This document shows positions 36,561 through 47,460 of a stretch of 64,000 nt of DNA, in pieces. The stretch lies in assembly GCF_032444005.1 (NCBI RefSeq), contig NC_091283.1:612374001-612438000 (forward strand). Reading direction: 5' to 3'. The position numbers and the translations under genes are program-made. Under the pieces are notes generated by a model. The model was not told where the DNA came from. It worked only from the letters and a program-made list of their open reading frames with translations, and searched no databases. The stretch is from Ranitomeya imitator. Its lineage: Eukaryota. Every line of letters begins with the position of its first letter. Positions within the stretch are counted from its first letter, which is position 1.

Positions 36561-37570
36561 TGGGAAAAGGCTTCTCTCCAAACTTGGTGGAGACGCTCCT
36601 AAAGAGTAGAAAGCAAATAACTACGAAAATCTACTCTAGGACTTGGAGAAAGTTCTTGTCTTGTTCAAAGTTTAATATCCAAGACGGGGTGCCAGTACAA
36701 CAAATCCTAGAGTTCCTACAAAAGGGGTTCGAGTTGAAACTCTCTCCTAGTACCCTTAGGGTACAGGTCTCAGCTTTAGGTGCCCTGTTTTCCTGTAATA
36801 TAGCGAATAACTACTGGATAGCGAGGTTTATGAAGGCAGTTAGTAGATCTACACCACTGCATAAAGACAGAACAGTTCCATGGGATTTAAATTTAGTTCT
36901 GTCCTCTCTAACTAAACCCCCCTTTGAACCTCTGCAGGAGGCCTCGATCAAAATGTTGACACTTAAGACAGCCTTCCTGATCGCCATAACCTCAGCTCGC
37001 AGGATAGGGGATATACAGGCACTTTCCAGAGCTCCTCCATACACTGAAATCTTGTCAGACAGAGTAGTCCTTAGACCAGACCCAGCATATCTGCCAAAGG
37101 TGGCGACACGGTTCCATAGATCACAGGAGATAGTTTTGCCGTCCTTTATTCCTAATCCCTCTAATCCTAAAGAGCAGGAGCTTCATACGTTAGACGTCAG
37201 GAGATCTCTTCTTCAGTATATTTCAGCTACTGATAATTGGAAGAAGGATGGGGCACTGCTTCTTTCCTTCCAAGGTCCAAAGAAAGGATTTAGAGTATCG
37301 AAATATTTACTGGCTAAATGGATTAGGGAAACTATCTCTCTAGCTTATACAGCAGGTGGGGGGCCAGCTCCGCAGAACCTAAAGGCACATTCCACCCGGG
37401 CCATGGCGTCATCCTGGGCAGAAAGATCTGGAGTGTCAGTGGAGCAGATATGTAAGGCGGCCACATGGTCATCCCCTTCCACTTTCTTTAAACACTATCG
37501 GTTGGATTTGGGGTCCTCCTCTGATCTTTCCTTTGGGTTAAGGGTGCTACAATCTATAGTCCCTCCCTAA
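36140..37570 (+). CDS. DIRS tyrosine recombinase (YR); functional start likely near 36492-36560
   Basis: Catalytic set TSARRIGD (R), AHSTRA (HxxR), ATW...FFKHY (W/Y). The first 421 nt overlap pol in another frame. Confidence 0.93.
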   Translation: MVSQRGHFQSCRPQMGSTSGGSIRHQKQQKSKTFLLPKSQGESPGGRRVSHKMGFSTSLCFPTTEPDTSSGEENQGGSSESHPYRPLLAQKNLVCLAQDNVCSGPLGTARDPELAFAGTDLPSTSDGAPFDGMVFERSLLMGKGFSPNLVETLLKSRKQITTKIYSRTWRKFLSCSKFNIQDGVPVQQILEFLQKGFELKLSPSTLRVQVSALGALFSCNIANNYWIARFMKAVSRSTPLHKDRTVPWDLNLVLSSLTKPPFEPLQEASIKMLTLKTAFLIAITSARRIGDIQALSRAPPYTEILSDRVVLRPDPAYLPKVATRFHRSQEIVLPSFIPNPSNPKEQELHTLDVRRSLLQYISATDNWKKDGALLLSFQGPKKGFRVSKYLLAKWIRETISLAYTAGGGPAPQNLKAHSTRAMASSWAERSGVSVEQICKAATWSSPSTFFKHYRLDLGSSSDLSFGLRVLQSIVPP

Positions 37571-37591
37571 GGTAGCTTACATCTCTGTAAA

Positions 37592-37675
37592 TCTCTCGTG
37601 TGCTGTCATGGGAGTCCGAATAAAGCATTAAGCTACTTACTGGTAGCGGCATTTTTCGGAGGCCCATGACAGCAC
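37592..37675 (+). repeat. DIRS internal complementary region (ICR)
   Basis: TCTCTCGTGTGCTGTCATGGGAGTCCGAAT-AAA-GCATTAAGCTACTTACTGGTAGCGGCATTTTTCGGAGGCCCATGACAGCAC is the reverse complement of the left end plus the right end. Confidence 0.93.
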
Positions 37676-37856
37676 CCTTAGTTCCCTCCCTATTCACGTG
37701 GGGGTAGCACTTCCTGATATGTATATAGCGTAATATGTAAATCTCACGTATGGTGTCTTATTACAATAATGGGTTATTTTGTTTCAAATGTATATAATGT
37801 ATATATTGTATATTTGTGTACCACTAACCGCGGCAGTCCTCTCAGGCTCTGAAATA

Positions 37857-37986
37857 CAACTGATGCATGGGGAGAGGTGCCGCCCTTTTGTATCTGTAGG
37901 TTTCCTGTTCCTTAAGGGCGGATCCCCTCTCTCGTGTGCTGTCATGGGCCTCCGAAAAATGCCGCTACCAGTAAGTAGCTTAATGC
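37857..37986 (+). repeat. DIRS right ITR with 3' extension
   Basis: 92-bp inverted core plus a 38-bp extension that pairs with the second half of the ICR. Confidence 0.93.
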
Positions 37987-38594
37987 TTTTTCCGTTCATT
38001 GTGATTTTTTGCTTTGAACCTTACATCAGTATTACAAATTGGGTTACACAACAGTTTCCTATAAAGATGTAGTCATTATTAGTACAATAGAATATCGCCA
38101 TCTACTGGTGAGAATATACAATAGCTGCTGAACTATTTCTGCACTGAATCCCTAGATGTTTGGAAGATAATGAGTTAACAACCAGTACACGCTCCAGCAG
38201 GCAAGTGTTAACAAGGTAGTTATGAGGGTGACAACTACATTTCTCCAAGGATGTTGGCTTTGTCAGCAGCATAGAAATAGTAATGGTGTGTTTCCTACCA
38301 GATCTAGGGTGGTGCTGGTGAGAAGCTGGGGAAATTTATAACCAGGCATTAGCTTTTAGACGGCAGGTTTAATAAACACGTTTTGAAAGGTTTGTGGTTT
38401 CCAGAAAATTTGAACATATCTGGTTATGTTTTTTTCTTCTTGAAAAGCTATGGTAAAAAGTTATGTATTGGGAATATAGTCATAGGTCTTGACGAAAACG
38501 AGAAGATCAGTCTTGGTGGTATCTTTAATGGTACATTGAATTGAGGACAGTCTGGTCCAGATGATCAGAACGTGGTCATGGCACAAGTGCCCAT

Positions 38595-38609
38595 CTAGAA
38601 GTCCAGTAG
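38595..38609 (-). CDS. CENPX: CENPX exon 5 (LLDF-stop)
   Basis: CTTTCTTCTAG|CTA CTG GAC TTC TAG; identical to the human CENP-X C-terminus LLDF. Confidence 0.92.
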   Translation of the reverse strand, partial: LLDF

Positions 38610-38686
38610 CTAGAAGAAAGGAGAAATTACTGAAAGGAACGGGATACTAGACAAGCCATGTGTTACATGAGGGGCCTGAAACTTAC

Positions 38687-38775
38687 CAGCTGAGGCAGCA
38701 TCTTCTCCACATGTTCTATATCCACCACAGTCAAATCTTCAGCCAGGGCCTGACGCGCTGCTCGGGCAGCTGCCT
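38687..38775 (-). CDS. CENPX: CENPX exon 4 (89 nt)
   Basis: TTTTACAG|...|GTAAGT. Encodes EAAARAARQALAEDLTVVDIEHVEKMLPQL versus human [30 protein letters not shown]. Confidence 0.95.
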
Positions 38776-39544
38776 CTGTAAAATCAATGCAGTATAGTTA
38801 ATACATGGACAAGGTACTGGAGACAGAAGTCTCCATCTTGCAGGATTTCTAGGTGGAATTAAGGCGCTTATCTACACGTTTCAGGACGATTTACCAGGTA
38901 TGTGGTGGGTGATAAATGCAGAAGTGGTGACATGTTTCTATTATACTTTTCCTCTAATTGTTCCTCTCCTGGTTTTGGCTTACAAATACTGATGTAAGAT
39001 ACTGACCAAATACTGCTAGTGTGATGGCAGCCTTAGAGAAACGATCTTCGGTTGCATGGAAGAACAGGTAAGAGTGCTCACTGACGTTTTATCCGTTTGC
39101 TTTCATTTCTAACCTTCCAAGAGCCAAATTTTATTTTTCCCCCCATCAACACATGAGTATTAGGGCTTGTGTTTTACAAAAAGACTTAGAATTTTAAATG
39201 ACAACCACTCATTTTACCATACAACGTACTGGAAAACAAAAAAAACTGCAGTGGAAGTGCGAAAATAAAATGCAATTTTGGCACCATTTTTTTTCCACTT
39301 TTATACCGTTCATTGTGCATTGACAACATGATTTTCCAGGCCCAAATGATTACGCGGTGATACCATAGTTAACTTTTTTTTTCCATGGACCTATGTGAGG
39401 GATTAAAGAATTTGTTGATACTATGGTGTGTGTTGCATACAATATTTTGATCATTTTTTATTGCACTTTTGTTTTTGTTAGAATGAAAAAATTTAGCAGT
39501 TCATTTCTTTTTTTCTCTTTACAGCATTTACCATAAGGAAATCC

Positions 39545-40284
39545 ACTCGCAGCCACCAAGTGCAGTGACTCCCATCCCTCCCTGCATTTCCCCTGGCTCA
39601 CTCTCCACATTTGATCCCATCACAGAAGAAGTAGCCTCCAAGTTCCTCTCTTCTTCTCGTCCGACCTACATGCACTACTGACCCCATTCCCTCACATCTC
39701 CTCCAGTCGTCACTACTCACCTAACCACAATCTTTAATCTCTCCCTCTCTGGCATTTTCCCCTCCTCCTTCAAACCCACCCTCGACCCATCTTGCACAAA
39801 CAACTACAGACCAGTCTCCAATCTCCCCTTCATCTTTAAACTCTTGGAGCGCCTTCTCTACTCCCGCCTTACCAGTTACCTCTCCACTCATTCCCTCCTA
39901 GACCCTTCACAGTCTGGTTTCAGCCCAATATATTAGCACCATCCACAATTTACATAGTTTTAGGCACTCCCTCAAAATACATTTGTTCAAAGCAGCCTAT
40001 CACGTTCACTAATCAGTCATTTTATGCTTGTGTGGGTGTAGCCCCTTCACTATCTCCATCTATCCCCCACCCCTGAAGATGGCCGGACCATCATTGTAAA
40101 TACATCATTGTAAATACACACCTGTACTTTGTATCTCCCCCACCTCATTGTAGATTGTAAGCTCTCACGAGCAGGGTTGGCTTATTTTGCTTTAATTATT
40201 GTATTGTTAACGTTGTTACTTATGACTGTTGTGTTTGAAACTGTTAAACTGTAAAGTGCTGTGGAAAATGATGGCGCTATATAA
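39545..40284 (+). mobile_element. L2 (CR1 clade) LINE: ORF2 fragment fused to its 3' UTR
   Basis: Decayed frame resembling TLDPSCTNNYRPVSNLPFI.KLLE...LLDPSQSGF. A large internal deletion precedes the 3' end shared with 5860-6110. Confidence 0.8.
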
Positions 40285-40801
40285 GCTGATCTTCACAGGA
40301 GGGCAAAGATTATAGCCATCGGGGGGGGAGGGGTCTTCAGAAAAACACATCAGAACACCCATCGAAGAGGGCCATTGTGAGCCCGTGAGTGCAGGCATCA
40401 GCACGCAGAATTTGAATGTCGAAACACGTTGATACGACAGTCAATGATTAATTGCAGCATTTTTTCTGATTAAACGGCAGCAGAGTAAACTCCAGCCACT
40501 GCAGTCTTTGGGCTAATGCAGACGTCCATGAAAATTGGTCTGAACATGGACCGTTAATGCACAGACTGGCAGTGGGTCTCCCGACCTGGGCGTGGCAGCT
40601 TTATTCATGAATGTCTATGAGGCTGTCACCCTGGGGTCAGGAGAGTCGCAGCCAGTTCATGAATTGCAGGGCTGATTTGCAAGCATGTCTGAATGAGCCC
40701 TTAAGCAGATGTTGGCTATGGAAAACCTCCATAATCTGCAGAGTATGAAGCAGGCTCATTTCCTGAGCCCGCAACAATATGGGGACCCAGCAAAGGATGT
40801 A

Positions 40802-41955
40802 TCTACTATATAATTGTCTATGGGTCACTTCCGTCTGTCTGTCACGGTTATTCATTCGCTGATTGGTCTCGCCAGCTGCCTGTCATGGCTGCCGCGACCA
40901 ATCAGCGACGGGCACAGTCCGGAAGAAAATGGCCGCTCCTTACTCCCCGCAGTCAGTGCCTGTCGCCCGCATACTCCCCTCCGGTCACTGCTAACACAGG
41001 GTTAATGCCGGCGGTAACGGACCGCGTTATGCCGCGGGTCACTCACTCCGTTACCGCCGCTATTAACCCTGTGTGTCCCCAACTTTTTACTACTGACGCT
41101 GCCTATGCGGCATCAATAGTAAAAAATGTAATGTTAAAAATAATTAAAAAAACAAAAACCTGCTATACTCACCCTCCGTAGTCGCTCGTGCCGGCCGCCA
41201 TCTTCCGTTGCAGGTTCCGGTGGCAAAGATGGTATGGGAGAAGGACCTGCCATGACGTCACAGTCATGTGACCGCGACGTCATCACAGGGCCTGCGCGAG
41301 AAGGACCTGCCATGACGTCACGGTCATGTGACCGCGATGTCATCACAGGTCCTGCGCTCATACCAACCCTGGGACCCGAAGCTGCCGTGGACTACAAGGG
41401 GCCCTCGGAAAGGCAAGTATATGTTTATTTTTTAAACTGTGACAAACTTAGCTGGGCAATATACTACGTGGCTCTGTGCTGTATACTACATGGCTCTGTG
41501 CTGTATACTACGTCGCTGTGCAATATACTACGTAACTGGGCAATATACTACGTGGCTCTGTGCTGTATACTACGTCACTGGGCAATATACTACGTGGCTG
41601 CGCAATATACTACGTAACTGGGCAATATACCGGTACTACGTCACTGGGCAATATACTACGTGGTTGGGCAATATACTACGTGGCTGGGCAATATACTACG
41701 TGGCTGGGCAATATACTACGTGGCTGGGCAATATACTACGTGGCTGGGCAATATACTACGTGGCTGGGCAATATACTACGTGGTTGGGCAATATACTACG
41801 TGGTTGGGCAATATACTACATGGTTGGGCAATATACTATGTTGCTGGGCAATATACTACGTGGGCTGTGCAATATACTACGTGGGCTGTGCAATATACTA
41901 CGTGGACATGCATATTCTAGAATACCCGATGCGTTAGAATCAGGCCACCATCTAG
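40802..41955 (+). mobile_element. Non-autonomous Helitron with 20-bp minisatellite
   Basis: A|TCTACTATATAA...CCCGATGCGTTAGAATCAGG hairpin...CATCTAG|T; no TSD. Confidence 0.88.
41440..41905. repeat. 20-bp minisatellite (TGGGCAATATACTACGTGGC)n
   Basis: About 20 variable copies; explains the GQYTTW/GNILRG ORFs. Confidence 0.9.
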
Positions 41956-42509
41956 TTACTACATCATATGCTGGTAAGGGGGTTAATCAGAGGCTATGGG
42001 ACTGTGAGAGATAGACAAGTGCTGCATGTGGCCAACTCATTTAAATAAGACTTTTTTTGTGATAGTTGGGGTCCAAATGTTGGGATAAATTGATCCAACA
42101 CTTATCCCTGATACACTTAAAGGGTTCTATACGGTTACAAAGACAAGAATTGGCATGGGTTTCACCTTCTAAGAGCAAACCCCATTTCCTAATTACAACT
42201 CTAAGTAGAGAGTAGTCTTTGCATCTAGCTGTAAATGTGTAAACACCTATGCTAACAATCCATATGTGAAGGCTAATATTCATTTATATAGCAGAAATAT
42301 CAACAAGAGAAAATGCAAGCCTGTTTAAAATCATGATACAAATTTTATTAGATATATATACCCACTTCTAAAGTCAAGTAAAAGAATGAGACAACACAGG
42401 TAATGGCTGGGGGACGCCTACCATGAAAGGTTTAGAACACTGAAGGAATAATAATAAATATGGGTACCAGCACTAGGGAGAAACTAAATGAAATCTAATA
42501 TATAAAGCT

Positions 42510-42575
<66 letters not shown>

Positions 42576-43409
42576 CCGGGATTGGCATCTGCACCGTCGC
42601 AGCTACAGCCACAAAATTTTGCACAGTCACACGTCTGGACCCGAGAGCGTCATAGGCTATGTTGTGAGGTGAAATTTTAACCCCGCGCTTTCCAATTCAC
42701 CAAACAATTTTGCCCTTATCTACATAATGGGAAAAAATGAAAGGAAAAGTGTAGGAGGCAAATTGACAGCTGCCAGATGTGAACAAGGGGGACTTAAAGA
42801 ATGAGAGCGATGGCGCCAAAGAGTATATACCGTACAGTTGCTAAGGTGGGGCCCTGACATGGGATACTCACCACACACGGGGATATGAACACACACACAA
42901 AATGCGCCACACACTACCACGTGCTTGAACACATATTACCCTCAGCACACATTTCACCACAAATACACCAACCTCGCCACATAAAAGTCGAAACACAAAA
43001 GTCGCCGCTCAAAACTCGCCACGCGCAGAACTCGCCACATGCAAAACTAGGCTCTTGCAAAACTCACCACAAGTGCAAAACTCACCTCATGGAAAACTCG
43101 CCATGCGCAAAACTTGCTGCACACAACTTGCTACACTAACCTGTCACATGCAACTCAACACACAAAAAGTTGCTACACGCATGTTGCCACACAAAACTCA
43201 TCTCACAAAAGTCGCTACATGCATGTCGCCACACGCAACTCAACACACACAACTTGACAAACGAAACTCGCCCTAAAACACACACAAGTCTGGTATTATC
43301 CTTCAAAAATAAAAATCTGATTAATAAGCAGACAAACTACAACAAATGTACCATATAGGAAATACGGCAGCTGTCAGTCACATGACCTGTCTATGTGTGA
43401 GCTAATATA

Positions 43410-45015
43410 CAGTGGGGCAAAAAAGTATTTAGTCAGTCAGCAATAGTGCAAGTTCCACCACTTAAAAAGATGAGAGGCGTCTGTAATTTACATCATATGT
43501 AGACCTCAACTATGGGAGACAAAATGAGAAAAAAAAATCCAGAAAATCACATTGTCTGTTTTTTTAACATTTTATTTGCATATTATGGTGGAAAATAAGT
43601 ATTTGGTCAGAAACAAACAATCAAGATTTCTGGCTCTCACAGACCTGTAACTTCTTCTTTAAGAGTCTCCTCTTTCCTCCACTCATTACCTGTAGTAATG
43701 GCACCTGTTTAAACTTGTTATCAGTATAAAAAGACACCTGTGCACACCCTCAAACAGTCTGACTCCAAACTCCACTATGGTGAAGACCAAAGAGCTGTCA
43801 AAGGACACCAGAAACAAAATTGTAGCCCTGCACCAGGCTGGGAAGACTGAATCTGCAATAGCCAACCAGCTTGGAGTGAAGAAATCAACAGTGGGAGCAA
43901 TAATTAGAAAATGGAAGACATACAAGACCACTGATAATCTCCCTTGATCTGGGGCTCCACGCTAAATCCCACCCCGTGCGGTCAGAATGATCACAAGAAC
44001 GGTGAGCAAAAATCCCAGAACCACGCGGGGGGACCTAGTGAATGAACTGCAGAGAGCTGGGACCAATGTAACAAGGCCTACCATAAGTAACACACTACGC
44101 CACCATGGACTCAAATCCTGCAGTGCCAGACGTGTCCCACTGCTTAAGCCAGTACATGTCCGGGCCCGTCTGAAGTTTGCTAGAGAGCATTTGGATGATC
44201 CAGAGGAGTTTGGGGAGAATGTCCTATGGTCTGATGAAACCAAACTGGAACTGTTTGGTAGAAACACAACTTGTCGTGTTTGGAGGAAATAGAATACTAA
44301 GTTGCATCCATCAAACACCATACCTACTGTAAAGCATGGTGGTGGAAACATCATGCTTTGGGGCTGTTTCTCTGCAAAGGGGCCAGGACGACTGATCCGG
44401 GTACCTGAAAGAATGAATGGGGCCATGTATCGTGAGATTTTGAGTGCAAACCTCCTTCCATCAGCAAGGGCATTGAAGATGAAACGTGGCTGGGTCTTTC
44501 AACATGACAATGATCCAAAGCACACCGCCAGGGCAACGAAGGAGTGGCTTCGTAAGAAGCATTTCAAGGTCCTGGAGTGGCCTAGCCAGTCTCCAGATCT
44601 CAACCCTATAGAAAACCTTTGGAGGGAGTTGAAAGTCCGTGTTGCCAAGCGAAAAGCCAAAAACATCACTGCTCTAGAGGAGATCTGCATGGAGGAATGG
44701 GCCAACATACCAACAACAGTGTGTGGCAACCTTGTGAAGACTTACAGAAAACGTTTGACCTCTGTCATTGCCAACAAAGGATATATTACAAAGTATTGAG
44801 ATGAAATTTTGTTTCTGACCAAATACTTATTTTCCACCATAATATGCAAATAAAATGTTAAAAAAACAGACAATGTGATTTTCTGGATTTTTTTTTCTCA
44901 GTTTGTCTCCCATAGTTGAGGTCTACCTATGATGTACATTACAGACGCCTCTCATCTTTTTAAGTGGTGGAACTTGCACTATTGCTGACTGACTAAATAC
45001 TTTTTTGCCCCACTG
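43410..45015 (+). mobile_element. Full-length Tc1 transposon (1606 bp)
   Basis: TA TSDs (43408-43409, 45016-45017) and 208-bp TIRs differing at about 3 positions. Confidence 0.96.
43777..44799 (+). pseudogene. Tc1 DD34E transposase, 340 codons, three nonsense mutations and no frameshift
   Basis: ATG 43777. In-frame stops at TGA 43945, TAA 43963 and TAG 44290. Motifs [15 protein letters not shown] and SPDLNPIE, with 34 residues between the second D and E. Confidence 0.93.
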
Positions 45016-45104
45016 TATACTGCCAGGGGGAGGGCTTCCTGTTGGCTGGGGATTTATCAGGCTGCCAATTTAGCTTACAAATACTGAGCAAATAACGTGT
45101 GAAC

Positions 45105-45660
45105 GAGGTCTAATACAGGAGGAGATGACACACAGGTATATACTATATACAGGGGAGATGACACATAGATATATACTATATACAGGAGAGATGACACACG
45201 TATATACTATATAGAGGAGGAGATAACATACAGGTACATATATACAGGAGGAGATGACATACAGGTACATATATACAGGAGGAGATGACATACAGGTATA
45301 TACTATATACAGGAGGAGATGACACACAGGTATATACTATATACAGGAGCAGATGACCTACAGGTATATACTATATACAGGAGATGACATACAGGTATAT
45401 GTTATATATAGAAGATGACATGCAGGTATATACTATATACAGGAGATGACACAGATATATACTATATACAGGGGAGATGACACACGTATATACTATATAC
45501 AGGAGGAGATGACATACAGGTATATACTATATATAGAAGGAGATGACATTCAGGTATATACTATATATAGGGGAGATGACACAGCAGGTATATACTATAT
45601 ACAAGGGAGATGACATACAGATGTATACTATATATAAGGGAGATGACAAACATGTATATA
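45105..45660. repeat. About 28-34-bp minisatellite (ATACAGGAGGAGATGACACACAGGTATATACTAT-like) inside the Helitron
   Basis: Directly visible degenerate tandem array. Confidence 0.85.
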
Positions 45661-46809
45661 CTGAGGTGAAAATGAAAAGGTGTGAGTGCAAAATGAGAGG
45701 AGTGAGGAAAAATAGTGGAGTGATCAGAAAATGACATGTGAGGTTGAAATGACAAGTGTTAGGGGGGAATGAGAGGAGTGAGGGAAAAAATGAGAGATGT
45801 GAGGGGGAAAATGAAAGATGTGATTGGGAAAATGAGAGGCGTGATGGGAAAATAAGAGAAGTGAGGTGCTTTAACTAACCACAGATATTTACTATGCCCA
45901 GGCAACGCCGGGCTCTTCAGCTAGTATGATATAAGGAACAAAAATTGCCTACTGAGGCACAATGTGTATTATTACATATATTATATATATATATATATGT
46001 GCAGAATAACAGTGGTACTTTCTCCCTCATTAGCAGTAATGATACAGTGCGAGCTCCTGGGCCTATAATTCGCAGCAATACTTCTAGAGTCTAAGAGCAG
46101 TGAGACCAGTCATGGTTAAAGGGGCATTGATTCCTAGTAATTCTAAAAGTATAGCTCCCAACAGTCCTGGATTCAGTGGCACTTTCCGAATTTGATGGCT
46201 CAGTCCTGCCACATCATGGCTTTGGAGTCATGAGTAAGTCGAAAATGCGTCGACTGGGTCATCTCGACCATGTAAATTTTTCTTTTCTATTCACTATATT
46301 TTCTTTTGAAAAATAGAAACGGAAAATCCAGTCCCGTTGAGCTGGACTGCAATTTTTTCTATTTTCCTTAATGTGAGGCCATGTCTGAGCCCCAGGTGCA
46401 GGTGCGGGCTGGGCCGGGTGGCAGAAATGCATATGCCCCCCCGGGCCGGTGTCTAAGCAGCTGCACAGGGCCGCTGGAGGACTGGCAGTGACTAATACAT
46501 AGCGGACCTATAGTGCGCGGTGGTGTCATCCCGCCAGCAGCCCTGACATGCAGGCTGCAGGGGTATGTGATGAGCAGGCTCCTATGTATGCGCCACTGCC
46601 ACTCTGAGGAAGAGAGCCAGCAGCCAAGATGAAAGGTCAGCATACCGGCATACCCGCCTGTGTGTGCACGGAGCTCCGGCTTCTCCTGCTCTTATCTGCT
46701 ATCCCGGCAGAGAAGGAGAGACGGGGGAGGTGCCGGGACAGTGCAGAGCTGTGAGCAGGAGAAACTGAAGAGCTGCACATGGACATCAGCCACCCCTGCA
46801 CCACAGATG

Positions 46810-47460
46810 AGAGTGTGTGATGTGTGTATGAGGAGAGTGTGTGTGTGTGTGTATGTGTGTGTATATATATATATGGAGGAGAGTGTGAGTGTGTGTGTGT
46901 ATGAGGAGAGTGTGTGCGTGTGTGTGAGGAGAGTGTGTGTGTGTGAGCTGCGTGCGTGTGTGTGTGTGTGAGCTGTGTGCGTGTGTGAGCTGCGTGCGTG
47001 TGTGCGTGTGAGCTGCGTGCGCGTGTGAGCTGCGTGCGCGTGTGAGCTGCGTGCGCGTGTGAGCTGCGTGCGCGTGTCATTATACAGTGGGGCAGTGCAT
47101 GTGCCTGTCATTATACAGTGGGGCCATGCGTGTGTGTCATTATACAGTGGGGCCGTGCGTGTGCCTGTCATTATACAGTGGGGCCGTGCGTGTGCCTGTC
47201 ATTATACAGTGGGGCCGTGCGTGTGCCTGTCATTATACAGTGCGGCTGTGCGTGTGCCTGTCATTATACAGTGCGGCTGTGCGTGTGTGTGTCATACAGT
47301 GGGGCTGTGTGTGTGTGTCATACAGTGGGGCTATGTGTCATTATACAGTGGGGCTGTGTGTGTGTGTCATTATACAGTGGGGCTGTGCGTCATTATACAG
47401 TGGGGCTGTGCGTGTGTCTCATTATACAGTGGGGCTGTGCGTGTGTGTGTGTGTGTCATT
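46810..47460. repeat. Compound tandem array: (TG)n-rich, 16-bp GTGAGCTGCGTGCGCG and about 30-bp GTCATTATACAGTGGGGCCGTGCGTGTGCCT units
   Basis: Directly visible; probably internal to a GC-rich non-autonomous DNA element whose termini were not resolved. Confidence 0.8.

Larger units (their letters stand above)
32393..37989 (+). mobile_element. Full-length DIRS1-type tyrosine-recombinase retrotransposon (5597 bp)
   Basis: TTT at both ends. A 92-bp ITR core is identical at 32405-32496 and 37857-37948. The ICR at 37592-37675 is complementary to both outer ends, joined by AAA. gag, pol and YR ORFs are open. Confidence 0.96.
42494..45924 (+). mobile_element. Non-autonomous Helitron (second family) hosting a Tc1
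   Basis: A|TCTAATATATAAAGCTGAG(TG)n...hairpin GCCCAGGCAACGCCGGGC-TCTTCAG-CTAG|T. Confidence 0.85.
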
